Shown here piece after piece: positions 14,395 through 29,254 of a stretch of 64,000 nucleotides of DNA. This stretch comes from Eledone cirrhosa (Eukaryota). The notes under the pieces were generated by a model that searched no databases, was not told the DNA's origin, and saw only the letters and a program-made list of their open reading frames with translations. The position numbers and the translations under genes were made by a program. Position 1 is the first letter of the stretch. Every line of letters starts with the position of its first letter. The stretch covers positions 268,274,001 through 268,338,000 of the forward strand of contig OZ024743.1 of the NCBI GenBank assembly GCA_964016885.1, in the 5' to 3' direction.

Positions 14395-16860
14395 GATAAA
14401 TCTACCAAAATACACAGTAGTGTCCAATCCGTATGAAGAACTCAATGTAATCCAAATATCATGAAAAGAACAGATGCATTCTAAAATGTTCGATGAAAAT
14501 CACAGGAAAACAGAGTCAAGATAAATTAATAAAAACAATGAATAAAAACAAAAACAAGTTCCTTATATAAAAAAGTCAGCATTTTATGATTGTTTCTAGG
14601 ATATATATGTGTGTTGGTATGTATATCATGTAGATCTATGTAAAAAATTTACAAACTATCAGAGGAAATATACATCCCTTCACATATATATACTGACTTC
14701 AGAAATAATGATATTTGTTTATTGAAAAAAACCAACAAAGATGTAATATAATAGGTCTGTTTGGGAACAGGTTTTGAATTGACCAATAGAAAAGTAGTAA
14801 GAGGTCAAGTTGATAGAATAGTAATAGTAGAAATTTAATTTAGGGGTAGAGGAATGCAGACTTAAGTTTTGAATGGAAAGAATACTTTGAATGAAAGGAA
14901 TACTTTGGGGATGAAAAGAGGTCAAGTCGGTGAAAGGTACACGAAAATTTGATGCTATTAAAGAATAATGTTAATTTTAAAACCGAAGGAGAATAACATT
15001 TTAGGGTAAAGGTGTTAGTGAGAAATACCAATCTTATTTAAAACACAAGGAATTTGGATCTATAACAAGAAATTTAATTAATTGGTAGGTATACTTATAG
15101 GGATAAATTTATATTAATTCATATGGATGTGATAAATAAGAATTAGATGTTATTAAAGAATGTTGTTAAAAACGAAGGAAAATTAAATTTGGGGGAAAAT
15201 GTAGTAGTGAGAAATACCAATCTTATATAGACTACAAGGAATCTAGATTCATAACAGGATATTAAATTAATTTATATGTATACATTTAGGTATTAATTTT
15301 AGAAAAAGGAAGCTGTAAGAGGGAAATAAAATTATGAAGTTCTCTGTAGTAAAGTACTAATTATAGGTTAACTAAATAAAAAAAATTAATTATAATAATA
15401 TGTAAAATATAAGTGTAAGGTGTATATTAATTAGGTTTATAATATTTGAAAGTTCTTCTAATTCTATGATTGCAAGATATAATTAATTCTTGTCGCTTAT
15501 TTAATAGGATATCCTTAGATTTCATTATTTCAAAAAGTTTCTGGGAGCATAATCTACACTCATATCTGTTATTTTGATAAGGGAGCACACTTTAGGTCAG
15601 GTTGAGTACACTTTAGGTCAGGTTGTAATCGATATTCTTTTTTCTATAAATATTAATTGTTTCATCCAATGATATTGTATTAGCTAATGCGGCATTTTTA
15701 AAACTATGTTTGTGGGTATTAAATCTTACTTTAAATTGGTTAGATGTAGCTCCTATATATGAATAAGTTGAGTCCTTAGTGCTAATTTTACATTTATATA
15801 CTATGTTATTAATAAGACAGTTTCCCTTTAATGGGCAATTTCTTTTGTTTCTACAGTTACAACCATTCGTGAATATTATATCAGGGGAGTTAGTCAAATT
15901 TGGTGTGGAATTTACTCGACTTGTTGTATGTGAATGAGATGGTGGTTTGTTGCGGTTTATTTTAGTATTATGGTTGGTTTGATGTGTTGGTGGTATATTC
16001 GTGGTTTTTTTTACATTTATATGCATTGTACGCACTTATATTTTGTTGTATATTTTTGGTAGTGGAGTAGGAAAATTTGACAGTTGATCTATTTAAAATT
16101 TGATGGTATTTATGGTTTGGCGGGAAGTTTTGCTCTAGGATAGTAAAAAAATGTTTAGGGATATTATCTTTAATTTGTAGATTAAATGGAGCATTATACC
16201 AAGTAACTCGTCTATTACGGTTTCGATGTTGTTTTTTTATATTTATACGATGTATCAGGATGTTTACTAAGAGAATTAGTATTAGTGAATTTATTATATA
16301 TAGGTTTAGTTAGATTAACTGATTTAGGTGTTTTAGTCTGATTATTAGGAATTTTGTTAGTAATGTTATTAACGTATATTGGAGTATTCGGATGAATGGT
16401 TTTTTGAAAGTTATTATATTTAATGTGAGAAGAGGGAGAGAAATTAAGTTTTAGGTTGGTATTTTTGGGTGTACTGTGAGTGGAATTTAGGTGTGTGTTT
16501 TTCATTTGGTGTTTGTTGGTAGTATTGGGTTGTATGTTTGAAGTATTATTGGTGCAAGGTATATAGACTAATTTGTTTTTGTGGCCGCTTCTAGCTAAAG
16601 CTTCGTTATAAAAGTTCGCATTTTTATCGAATACATCCTGGTTAGATGAAAGGTTAGAAATTCTGAGTGAGATATTATATGCTAGGTTTTTAACGATATA
16701 TCTAGGGTGATTGGATTGTGAGTGTATGTAATGTAAGTTTTGGTTAGGTTTATGGTAAGGTTGGTAGGTACCCGTAGATAAGTCTGAAGTTATATGTAGG
16801 AAATTAACTATTTTAATGGTGTTTTCAAATGTAATAGTGAGACTATAATAGTATTTGAGG
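14395..16860 (-). pseudogene. Decayed, 5'-truncated PLE (RT thumb, Cys linker, GIY-YIG) with AT-rich 3' UTR
   Basis: The minus strand at 16560-16850 reads IVNFLHIT.DL.TGTYQPYHKPNQNLHYIHSQSNHP...ISLRISNLSSN. The ORF at 15613-16035 reads CNCRNKRNCPLKGNCLINNIVYKC...YSYIGATSNQFKVRFNTH. Stops and frameshifts are present. Confidence 0.85.
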
Positions 16861-16975
16861 AAAGTTCTATTCTGGTGGTAGGAGAGGGTGGAGAGTGGGA
16901 TGGGTGGATGGGTTGAAAGAAAAGGGAATTATTTAAAAGCTAATTCTTTAAAGCTACATATATATAACATATATA

Positions 16976-17042
<67 letters not shown>

Positions 17043-17045
<3 letters not shown>

Positions 17046-17463
17046 GGAGGTGAGTTTTATTGTAGTACAATAAAGCAATGCAGATATCGGATAAGAAGCA
17101 CTCTACAGTTTGTAGGACTGGAGTATGCATAATATAAGATCAAAAGATGGTTAAAGGAGTTCCATGTATTTTATTATGCGCATTTCAAAAACAAACATCA
17201 TCATGCAATAATATTTGTGTTTTCATCAGATAAAACAGGAGAACATGATATGAAGGCTAAAAAACACTTGTGGATAGTGCAATTTTAAATCAACATATAT
17301 GATATGTTGATTTAAAACTGCACTATCCACAAGTGTTTTTTAGCCTTCATATCATGTTCTCCTGTTTTATCTGATGAAAACCCAAATATTATTGCATGAT
17401 GATGTTTGTTTTTGAAATGCGCATAATAAAATACATGGAACTCCTTTAACCATCTTTTGATCT

Positions 17464-17470
<7 letters not shown>
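17043..17470. mobile_element. Family A inverted pair carrying two hammerheads (minus 17167-17237, plus 17363-17433)
   Basis: The arms ~17133-17298 and 17301-17470 are reverse complements. CTGATGA...GAAATGCGCATA is present on both strands. Confidence 0.85.
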
Positions 17471-17501
<31 letters not shown>

Positions 17502-17859
17502 TAATAATAATACATTTGAAGACTAAATCCAAAGAGGGCTCGATAAGGATAAATATATATCAAATATATTTTTTTAGTTTCAGAAGATCACGTTAAGGGT
17601 GAAAGCAGCGATTCTTTGCTTAAACTTTAATCTGTTATTTTAATAAATTAATATTTATATATATATATATATACACCCACACACACATATATATATATAT
17701 ATATAGTGAAAAATTGAACGGGAACAAAACAGAGAGGCAGTACGAACAAAGGTTTATTAGTTTCACATATACACCCACACACACACATATATATATATGT
17801 ATATATACAAACATATATATATATATATACCTACCGTCTCCCCTTCCCCATCACCTACT

Positions 17860-19945
17860 ACCCCACCACCCTACCCCTCCACCGCTCCATCCTCCGCCTC
17901 ATCCGACGCCTCGAGACCGACCCCTCCACCTCACCCATCTTCAGAACCCTCCTCCAAACGCGCGCGTAATCTCCGCACCCTCCTCGTCCGCAGCTCCCTA
18001 TCCCCAACCCACGTTCTTCTCCCCCACGGTTCCCTTCCCTGCTCCAGGCCTCGCTGCCACACCTGCCTGCCCCCACATCACTAACACTACCACCTTCCAG
18101 ATTCCCAACGGCCACTCTCTCTCTGTCCAGCACGCCTTCCGCTGCACCTCCTCCAACCTCGTCTATGGACTTCGCTGCACGGAGTACAGCGCAACCTACA
18201 TCGGCCAGACTGAACCTCGCCTGGCGGATCGGTTCATGAAACACCTCCGTGATATTCGTATCGGCGGGAGTTCCCCCATCGCCCGCCACTTTGACCTCAC
18301 ATCGCCCGCCACATCGCGCACCACCTCACAGTCTGTGGCCTGATCAATGCCATGGAACAGCCGCCACCCGCCTCACGGTCGAAACACACCATCTTCACCC
18401 TACATACCCACACACACCCCGATCTGAACTCCCCACCCCTATTCCTTTAGCGTTCGACTGCCCACCTTCCCCCCACATATCCCCCACTAACACCACTAAC
18501 ACACTCCTCAAATTCCCCGCCCCCTCCCGCTTGGCCCACCCCACAACTAATAATACTAACACCCCCACCCCAACCCCCCGGCCCTCCCCCAACTAATAAT
18601 ACTAACATCCCCACCATCCCCCTAACACCCGCGCAACCACACACCCAACACGCACACACCCACCTGTACATATATATACACGCACTCACACTATCCACAC
18701 ACCCTACTACCACCATTAACCCCCACCCCACACATCTACTCCGACCCCCCACAACTAATATCACTAACATCCTCCCAACCCCACGCACACGAACACACAC
18801 AATCACACATACACCACCCACTCCATACACCCAACCACCACTAACCCCCACGTACACACCCGCATTCAACACCTTCACCACCACCAGTAATACTAACACC
18901 CACTAACACCCTCTCTACCACACACACACTCAGCCAAACACACACACCAGTATACTACACTCCCTCCATCGTCCCCAACACCTTTTATCTCCCGTTCCCT
19001 CTCCCCGCTCCACCTACACCCCTTCACACACATACATCCCACTAACATCTCCACTAATATACACCCAATCCCACTCCACCACCTTCTCCCTCCATCTTTC
19101 AAACCTACCCATCCTCTCCCCTGTCCACCGCACACACAGACACACAGTCCACACCACATACATACCCTTTCTTTACCTGCATCCTCCTCTACTGCTATCC
19201 CTTCACCCTGCCCTGACCCTCTGATCACTTCCCCTTGCGTGCGCACCCCACATCTCTCCACTTCCGCACTACTACAACAGGATTTCACACCATCGGTCAT
19301 CTTTCCAGCTATCCACTCCATAACATGAGAAATATCCAACATCTTATCGCACGCTCCACGGAACTACTCTAGGAACATACCCTCGAACAAACACATTTTT
19401 TTTTCGAACCACGCCACCTACATCCACACCACGTATAAACACAAACACACGTACGTATCCCCACATACACACACTCAGCCTCCGGAATCCACACGACTCC
19501 ACCACTCTGACCCCTCTCCATCCACACGCACGCACACACAGACTTACACCACACCCATGTACACACCGGTAGCCCTTTACCTGCACATGGAACATCGTTC
19601 TTCCCCCAACTTTCACATCCACATACACACACCTACACCCACACACACACGTACCTACACACATAGACAAACACCACCTTCAGCCCTCCCCGCTCGGACT
19701 CCTTGCCTCCCTGAACCAAATCGCGACATCATGTGATGTCGGCGTGTGATCTGCAAACCTCATCACGAGGTTTACACCATTGAATGGTTTGCATAATACA
19801 AGTCGAACTCGCTTGGCGCCGCGGTCGGTTATATTCTTTCAACTACACCCACTCTGCTTCTTCCCATGCATTGACTGCTTCCATGACGTGCGGTCTCCCC
19901 GATCTCAGCCCCACAAGCTATTTCTCCCTCACTCTCTCAGAACTA
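17860..19945 (+). pseudogene. 5'-truncated Neptune-type PLE remnant (Zn-finger + GIY-YIG) with C/A-rich 3' region
   Basis: RARNLRTLLVRS...PCSRPRCHTC, a frameshift, then FRCTSSNLVYGLRC...YIGQTEPRLADRFMKH...IARHF. Confidence 0.8.
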
Positions 19946-20117
19946 TATATATATATATGTATATATCTCTCTCTCTATATATATATATACATATATATAT
20001 ATCTATATAAACACACAGGCACACACACACGTATAAAATATATATATTTATTTATATGAATATATATATATATATATATATTCATATAAATAAATATATA
20101 TATTTGTGTTTATATAC

Positions 20118-20183
<66 letters not shown>

Positions 20184-20403
20184 GTGTAAGAGTCTGGGCG
20201 TGCGTGTTTTTGTATATATATATATATATATGTGTGTATATGTGTGAGTTTGTGTGTCTATATTTATTAATATTTTGAAGTAATATTAATAACACCAGAA
20301 AACCCCCACTGTAGAGTGCTTCTAATCTATTGTGAAACTTTATTCATTGATGAATTCATTGAACCTTGTTAAACTTTTAATCATATATATATATATATGT
20401 ATA

Positions 20404-20443
<40 letters not shown>

Positions 20444-20486
20444 TATAATCTCCGATTCAACCCGGAATAACATATATATATATAAG

Positions 20487-20664
20487 TTAAATATAAGTAT
20501 GTATACGTACATACATATATGTATACAGACGTACAGTAGTACGTATATATATATATATACATACTACTGTACGTCTGTATACATATATGTATGACGTATA
20601 CATATTTATATTTAAGTAACAGCCGTACTAAGAGTGAGAAATGAAATTTCGTTTCACTTTTTCC

Positions 20665-20738
<74 letters not shown>

Positions 20739-21010
20739 TTAAATATAAATATGTATACGTACATACATATATGTATACAGACGTACCGTAGTATGTATAT
20801 ATATATATACATGCATGAACACATATATATATGCACGTATGGATTTACCGAACATTTATTATAATGCTCGGTGTGTTTGTACACAAACATCCCGAATTAA
20901 GCCGTACAGTGTTTACAACCATCGTTGCTCTTTTGTTCAACACGTTTTCGGTGCGCCCGGCCGATTAACTCACTCGATATGCAAATTAGGCTGCTCAGCC
21001 ATTAATATGC
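20487..21010. mobile_element. Family F short repeat with inverted segments (also 3832-3875 and 48090-48440)
   Basis: Shared catactactgtacgtctgtatacatatatg and cagccgtactaagagtgagaaatgaaatttc. Fold-back at 20487-20615. Confidence 0.65.
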
Positions 21011-21159
21011 ATAAGGAAAGTATATACTTTCAGACGTTCAATCATCTGGCAGGAAGGTATACGGTGCTGACAATAGCTAATAAGCTTGAAAGTAGTACAT
21101 AGTTCCTTTGTCAGTGTTATGTATACGTCTGTGTTATGTATTTCTGGACGACTAAATAT

Positions 21160-21295
21160 TTAGTCCAGAAACAGCCGTCGAAACGGCTTGAGGTCTGCCG
21201 TTGGGATCTTACTTGTTCCTATTACCCACTCTATTACCCTAAGTATTGAGTACTTTGGTGCGTTATGGTCCATCTGGTTCACAATTCCTTCGTTA
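21160..21295 (+). mobile_element. Family C fragment (PLE pseudo-LTR 3' end)
   Basis: Closely similar to 55215-55355. Confidence 0.75.
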
Positions 21296-21580
21296 TATAT
21301 ATATATATATATATACCACCCCACTCTCAAGAGCGTGAAACTAATAAACCTTTGTTCATACTGCCTCTCTGTTTTGTTCCCGTTCAATTTTTTACTATAT
21401 ATATATATATATACATATATATGTGTATGAGTCTGGGCGTGCGTGTTTTTGTATATATATATATGTATATGTGTGAGTGTGTGTATATACACACATATAT
21501 ATAAATAAATCTATATATGTATACATACATACTTACGTAGATACCCAAATTATCACACACACACACACAGAGGCATAGAC

Positions 21581-21629
<49 letters not shown>

Positions 21630-22030
21630 CACAGAGCATGCATCAAAGGAATGGTTTTAAAGCTAGTGGCGTAAAGCGTCTGCCAAAATAAGAGTTTTCC
21701 GGGTTGAACATTTTCAGTTAAGCAGCCCAATGGCGTTTGGAAAGCCTTTAACATCAAAACGTCAAATTACGACAAAATACCTCCCCACTACGTCTACTTC
21801 ACATTCTCTGAAGCGCCTCCCTCTCTCCATTACAGCTTATATATTTTTTTTTTCTTCGTATATCTATCTATGTATGTACGCATGTATGTGTCTATACATG
21901 TATATATGTATGTATGTAGGTTTCTATATATGTAGGTAAGTATATATGTTTTTATATATGTAGGTATATGTATCTATGTATGTATGTATGAATGAATGTA
22001 TATTTTATGAATGTATATATGTATGTATGC

Positions 22031-22118
<88 letters not shown>

Positions 22119-22264
22119 CTGTGTGTGCGCTCATGGGTGTATGTATGCGTATATTAATTTCTACATTCATATATGTTTGTGTGTGTATAATATATATATA
22201 CACACAGACACACAGACAGACATACACTCACACACGCACACACAGACACACATATATATATATA

Positions 22265-22352
<88 letters not shown>

Positions 22353-22790
22353 TTGGAAATGTAATATAATATGCACGTAAGTAAATACATACATAATATT
22401 CTTGGAAAGAGAAATATTCATATTAAAATAAATACGAATGTTTTCCTAGACCCATGGGTTTCTTCTTCCATAGTATCGTCATCATCAAGGAATTGAGATT
22501 TGTGTTCCTCCTTCCATTTTCTATATATTCCCTGTTATTGTTGAGTGGGAGGTGAATCTGTTGTTTTACATACGTTCAGGCTAACTTGAAGGGGAGTTTG
22601 TATACGAGATATATGATTCTGCATGTAATTATATAGCTTTGTATAAGTCTATGTGTCCGTGCATGTAGATAGATACTTACACACGCACACATACATATAT
22701 ATATATATGTGTGTATATATATATATATATATGCATATTTATATATTTATATATTTATATATATATATATATATATATACATATATACAT

Positions 22791-22847
<57 letters not shown>

Positions 22848-22852
22848 TACAT

Positions 22853-22921
<69 letters not shown>

Positions 22922-22941
22922 TATTTATATATTTAGATATT

Positions 22942-23053
<112 letters not shown>

Positions 23054-23494
23054 CATATATATATATATGTATATATGTGTGTGTGTATGCGTGTGTGTGT
23101 GTGTATGTGTGGCTGTATATATCACCATTTATGTTAATGTGTGTAGTGGTGTATGTAGCGTAGGTATATCTATGCATCGATCCTGCATCTAAATCTAATT
23201 GACTACAACAAATCCTATCTCGTGGGGTTTATTATAACAAAAACTGAAGGTCAGTTATATTTTGCTATAACAGATCTAGTTTGCCAGTCCTCCAGTGGAA
23301 TCAAACTAGACGTAGAAGAGTGAAAAATTGCCATTATTGGTGCCTTTACTGACGAATAATGGCGTCATAGAAAGAAATTTTATGATTCTGCAATGCTTTA
23401 TCTCCTGCAGCATACTGTAAAGTTTTTAGGAAATTTCCCTAAGACACGCTTCAACTGACACAGTCGAAAAATCAGTACCTACTCCACCACTCAC

Positions 23495-23537
23495 CCAGCC
23501 TTTCCCACTGCCAGAGTAAGCGGTGCGTATAAAAGAA
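23495..23537 (-). CDS. Candidate internal exon of an unidentified host gene
   Basis: ttacag|...|gtgagt, 43 nt. It joins in frame to the 24702-24822 exon, giving ..HNVCS SFIRTAYSGSGKGW. Confidence 0.45.
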
Positions 23538-23761
23538 CTGTAATTATGTATTGTGAAAAATCCACATTTTTAGGAGATCCGTATTCAGCGTGCCAAAACG
23601 AAGTAGTATGTGTGCCATAAATTAATGTTATTCTAGTTTGTATGTTGTAATGTTTCTAAGTACAAATAGCCACTCAACCATGTGTTTATGTTTCCAAACA
23701 AACATACGCAAATACTGGCTTTATGAATACATACACAAACAAATATACATCTACATGGCAA

Positions 23762-23812
<51 letters not shown>

Positions 23813-23905
23813 CTGTGTGTGTGTGTGTGTGTGTGCGTATGTATGTATATCTATATCTATATCTATCTATCTCGCTCTCTCTGTATTTTCTCTCTCCATT
23901 CCTTT

Positions 23906-23936
<31 letters not shown>

Positions 23937-23964
23937 TCTCTCTCTCTCCCATCCCCCCTTCTCC

Positions 23965-24011
<47 letters not shown>

Positions 24012-24127
24012 GTGTGTGTGTGTGTGTGTGTTTGTGTTTGTGTGTGCTTATATACAATAATAGGCTTTATCATCTATCTCCTCTCTCTTCTCGCCTTCGT
24101 ATATAAGTATATGCATGTTTGTGTATG

Positions 24128-24198
<71 letters not shown>

Positions 24199-24701
24199 GT
24201 CTGTGTGTATGTATATATATATAAGTGTGTGTGTGAGAGTGGGTTTACAGGTATAAATATATCAAAGAAACTCGCGGAATGGTCTTCTACTTTACATAAA
24301 TTGTCTCAAATCTACGTTTATTACCGTTATACCATTCGTGTGTAAACGTATATAAACACAAATCTCTGCTTTCTCCTACTCCCCTAATTCACCCCTCACT
24401 GTCTTGTTTTCTTTCTCTCTTTCTTTCTGCATATCTAACCCTTAACGTTTCTCTAAAACCCTCGATAACTATCACTCTTTCTTTAACTTTAGTATACTCT
24501 CACGCTCAACGTGAAGTTTAGTTATAAATATATTTTCTGACAGGAAAATATCAATATATCCCTTTCATGAGGTATATCGATTATATAAAACTGTTATTTA
24601 CATTTTCTGGTGACAAAACTGTCCCTTGTTCTATTATTTCGTCTGTGGTGATGTATTTACAAACGATAATATAGTGTTGGATAAATGTTGTACCATTTTA
24701 C

Positions 24702-24822
24702 CTGCAAACATTATGCTTCCCCGTGAAAGCTGTAACAATATTTACAGAGCTTTCCAAATCTACTAAGAACCTTTCTCCCGAATTTCCGAATACATTGAAA
24801 ATAGCTAAATCCCTTTTTGGAC
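24702..24822 (-). CDS. Candidate internal exon of an unidentified host gene
   Basis: cttcag|...|gtaaat, 121 nt. Open frame (G)PKRDLAIFNVFGNSGERFLVDLESSVNIVTAFTGKHNVC. Confidence 0.45.
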
Positions 24823-25264
24823 CTGAAGCTGCGTATGATATGGAAAAGGATTTTATCATACAAATGAAATATATTTTTGTTAATGATAACAAGATATTTG
24901 CATTACAACTAAATGAGTCAACACGTGAATTAGTCCAACTTCTAGGGTTTATACGTTTTATTGAATAGGAATTACAGAAGATATTCTCAAATATCCAAAA
25001 CTATGAGTATTTTGATTCAGAAATCCTTATTTTATCCACAAAATAATTTACTTTCAGTAAATAAAGAATTACAAATATCCATGTTCGTATTTACACAATC
25101 AGCAGATGCGGCACATGCAGTTTTTAGAACTTGCTGTTATCTATCTATTTATTTATGTAATCATTTTTTATGAATTAGGAATTATTCACCAATTGTGTTG
25201 TTAACAATTATTTAAAAGAAAAAAACAGCTATAGATGTTCATGGGTTTGCAGGTATTTTTAATA

Positions 25265-25362
25265 ATTGTTTCTACTTTTGGCACAAGGCCAGCAATTAAC
25301 CAGTGCATTACTGGTACTTTATTTTATCGACCCCGTAAGGATGAAAGGCAAAGTCAACCTCG
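25265..25362 (-). mobile_element. 5'-truncated SINE (same family as 27154-27341)
   Basis: Only the conserved central domain and the tail are present. Confidence 0.75.
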
Positions 25363-27153
25363 TATTTTTAATAATGATACATGTACAGTAAGAGATGGAA
25401 AACCCATGTATATGAGCAGAAAGAAAGTTGAAAGTGAATGCAGAATAGACAAGTTTGTATGAAATAAATAGTGGAGTGCGAGAATATGTCAAACAGATAT
25501 CTTATTAACATGAATAAATTGCAATCTTTTCTCACGGTGGAAATGTCAAGTCGTTTGTGATTTAACTGAATTCAGTGATTTAACTAGTTCCTACTTTTAG
25601 TCTTAATCTTTTAAATATTAAATTCCATAAGAATAATCTTCTCTCTAGACTATTAACGTGAAATTTTTATTGACGAATTGGATGTTTAAGAACAGCCCTT
25701 CATGTGGTAAATGGTGTGTTTTTCTAACAGATTTAGCAATTTAAGAAAAAAAAAAAATTATACAACAGTTTTCTAACATACAATGGGATCAAAATCCAAA
25801 CGTCCTACGATTAAACTAACATCCAATGCGTATTGTTTAATTTTGCATTTTGTGGTATCACTGAAGTTGCGTGGCATATTAGTTAAGTTATTCGGCTCAT
25901 GATAGGAACATTATGAGTTCGGTTCCCAGTTTTTATTCTTGATCAAAGTACAGTATTTCATGTGCTGAGTGTCCGTTGATTTCATCAACATATTTGTATG
26001 GAATAAGGCAAAGTATTTTTTTTTCCGTTATCTTATGTTAATTGTCGTTCTCTCATTCTCTCTATCTCTCTCATTCCTCTTCTCTTTCTCTCTACCAGGA
26101 TAATAGTCTCAGGGGCTCACTGACACGATTCCTTTCTGCAGAAATGGTGAGGTTTTGGACGAGGGATAATTAAATTCTCAATTCTCATAGAAAACAATAC
26201 TGATATGACATTGAAACCATCTGAAACTAGACCTAGTAGTGTACAGCACCTAACTGAAATAAAGAAAACAAACATAGTCCCTGTGGTGTATATATTTAAC
26301 AGTCGATACTCTCAATGGAATGGTTTGTTCCTAAAATGTTCTATACAATACAATACTGCCTTATCAGACATTATATACATGGCGCCAGATGCGGAATAGG
26401 ATATAAAAATCCAATTGTCGATCTATATGAAGCTAATCCATTTAATATCGGAATATTATGATGGTTCTGACTTACAAATATTCATATAACGCTATGCACC
26501 AAATATTTATGTTTGTGTGATTAAGAAATTAGCTCCACAGCTATATGGTTTTAGGTTCGATCTAACTATGCGGAACCTTGGGCAAATATCGTGAGGGAAA
26601 TTAGGTAAACGGAAACTGCTTGGAAACCCGATGACTTGAATGCGTCTGTAATTCAAAGCGCCAGCCATGTCACACAATTTCACATTTATGCATCTCGAGA
26701 ATTACATTAAGCCTACACGCGTGTATGGATTGTTCAACCACTTTTATTTTGATTTAATGAGTAGGCTGTCCCATTGTACATGTGCTTGTTTGTGAGCGTG
26801 TGTCTGTGTGTGTGCGTATGCATGTATGCGTGTGTGTGTGTGTGTGTGTGTGCTTGTTTGTGTTAAATTGTGCTCTAATTTGTTAGAATTCTAACTTATT
26901 AGAAATCGATAAAATCCAAAATGTATCTACGTGTTTAATGAACAAACCAGAACTATTAAAATCCTATTGAACTAATTACAATCTGTTACATATTAATTGG
27001 CTTAAATTGAAAATTATGTCAAAATCAAGGTCACCTATTTTCCCTCCTTTTTTTAAGAGAATTATCGGGTATTATCTGAGGAATGAAAGGCTTTAGCGGA
27101 AAAGAAAGGTCGCTCTACTTTCACTGATAATGTTTTATGCTTATAACATTAAT

Positions 27154-27341
27154 TGTTTCTACTTTAGGCACAAGGCCAGCAATTACCCAGTACATTACTG
27201 GTACTTTATTTTATCGACCCCGTAAGGATGAAAGGCAAAGTTAACCTCGGTGGGATTTGAACTCGGACTGTAAAGGGACGTAACTATGCTAGAAAGCATG
27301 GCGTCCAACCCTCTACCGATACTGCCAATTCACCGCTCTTG
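27154..27341 (-). mobile_element. tRNA-derived SINE (Nin/Deu-like central domain) with a 19-bp target-site duplication
   Basis: Minus strand has A box tggcagtatcgg, B box gagttcaaatcc and core gcctttcatccttacggggtcgataaaataaagtaccag. The duplication ttatgcttataacattaat lies at 27135-27153 and 27342-27360. Confidence 0.9.
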
Positions 27342-29254
27342 TTATGCTTATAACATTAATGCCATCTAACATACGAAAGTGAAACAAATCTGGTGAACAA
27401 CTACTCTGAAGCTCGATCTACTAGAAATAACTGCCACATCTTCCTCAAAGCACACTGAGTTTTATATATATATATTTTTTTTACATTTGAATTCCTCTAA
27501 AGGGAATTTTTATCTACTAATTTCAGGGATAAGCTCAGTTGATTAATGCCTTCAATTCACTGTATTCTAGAATTGAGACCTGAATGTATGTATATTTAGT
27601 CTGCAGGAAGCAACTACTGGAGCATTTTTTGTTATTGTTAATATATTCCAAGATATAGTGTGTTTGAAAAATTCGGAATTGTTAAGGCGTGTGTGTATTG
27701 AAATGTATTAGAAATCCTGAATTATGAGAAGTACTCTTTTGTTGTAGAGGCAAGAAAGACGAAGATCAATAACGGCTGCTTAAATAAAAGCAGCAGCTAT
27801 AAATTCTGTGTCTATACAGGAGATACAGTGATGTTGGAAATTCCTCCTCAGTATTGAAACCACGAAATTTAGATTTGTACGGCAGTCACCACTCCAAAGA
27901 GCGGATCATATTTTCTCTGAAACTCTGTATAGTTCGCAGTGTGGTAGCCACGTATGTTGGGCAAGGAGGAAAGTGGCCGAACAAGATCGATTATATCCCA
28001 CTTCACAAGGACGGCAGTACTGTGATGCAGAGGCATTGAGAATAGCGCATAGTTGTGGGAGTTACGAACCTCGAAATCAACGGGAATGGAAAGCATTTCA
28101 ACGTAATATGTTTCAAATAATTACAACTACTCGCTGGTCTATTCTACATACTTGTATTATAACTGAAAATTATGCAGAGTGATAGTGAGCGAGAGAAATA
28201 GAAAAAGAGGGGGGTTTCGCTCGCAATGAAAATGCTCAGGGTTGAGGTGCATTCTCTCCAGACTTGTTTGACCCAAATCTATCAACCACCACAGAGCCAA
28301 AACTGATGTCAATAGAGAATAACCTCAGTCAGTCAAAAATGTGATAAAGAATTAGATTGTGTATTGATTGACTTTGTCACGTCTGGCTGGCAAAGAATGA
28401 TATTAACCATTCGATTCTGCAGCATACTAATACACATACAATCATTATGCAAAACATAAACATATCAAATGACTATTCTTTTCAGGCTAGTTATTTTTGG
28501 CTATTATTTGTTGTTGCTTGTGTTTGTTTGTTCGATGCGTTTTTTTTTGTTGCTGATTTTGTGGGGGGTGGGGTCATAAATATTCACGTTTACAACTATA
28601 TGGTATCTGATCGACCTGAAGCGATACATATATGCACTCGTGATGGGATATAACACAAGAATCTTATTTCACGAAGTTCTGAAATACAAATTTAATAGAA
28701 ATGAATAGTAAGGATGTATGTGATATCTAAATGTATCTATTAATGGCAGCCGTATTTTTTAACTGAGCATGGAATAACCTCTCAGTTAATGTTGAGCTCA
28801 GGATAACATCTGGTGTTTGTATTGCATTGGAAATCATCACAGATAGAAACTTCTTGTCACGACTCCTGTCAGAAATTTTCTGCCAACTGTTCTAACACAA
28901 TTTACGATCTTTCTAAATTTGTTCTAGTCTAGTAAACAATAATCACAGATTTCTAAAAATTTTGTTCACTGGAAAATATGAAAAATAACGGGAAGATTAT
29001 ATATAGACAAGAATTGATAATACTGGTTGCCAATTGTGACACACAGCCAGCTATGTTTGGGCATCAAGGAAATTCGACTCCAATACATGAATTAGAATTC
29101 ATATACGCGGAAAAGATAAAAGCCAAATTTGAACCCAGCGGAATTTTAGCACAGCACGTAAGAGACTGTAATTAAACGCAGTAAGGTGTTTCGTTCGATG
29201 CTCTAACGATCCTGTCTGTCACTATCATAAATAATAATAATATTAATAATATGA

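Noticed and set aside
14555-14670. Possible hammerhead in the 3' UTR of the minus-strand PLE (CTGATAG...GAAAC)
   Set aside because: The core is altered and stems II and III do not pair convincingly.
26099-26146. Plus-strand exon-like segment (ccag|DNSLRGSLTRFLSAEM|gtgagg), and short plus-strand frames near 27820-28039 and 30500-30651
   Set aside because: No convincing in-frame chain or recognisable protein was found, so these are left unresolved.
27240-27337. tRNA gene
   Set aside because: The A and B boxes belong to a SINE head followed by the SINE core and a target-site duplication. No cloverleaf is evident.
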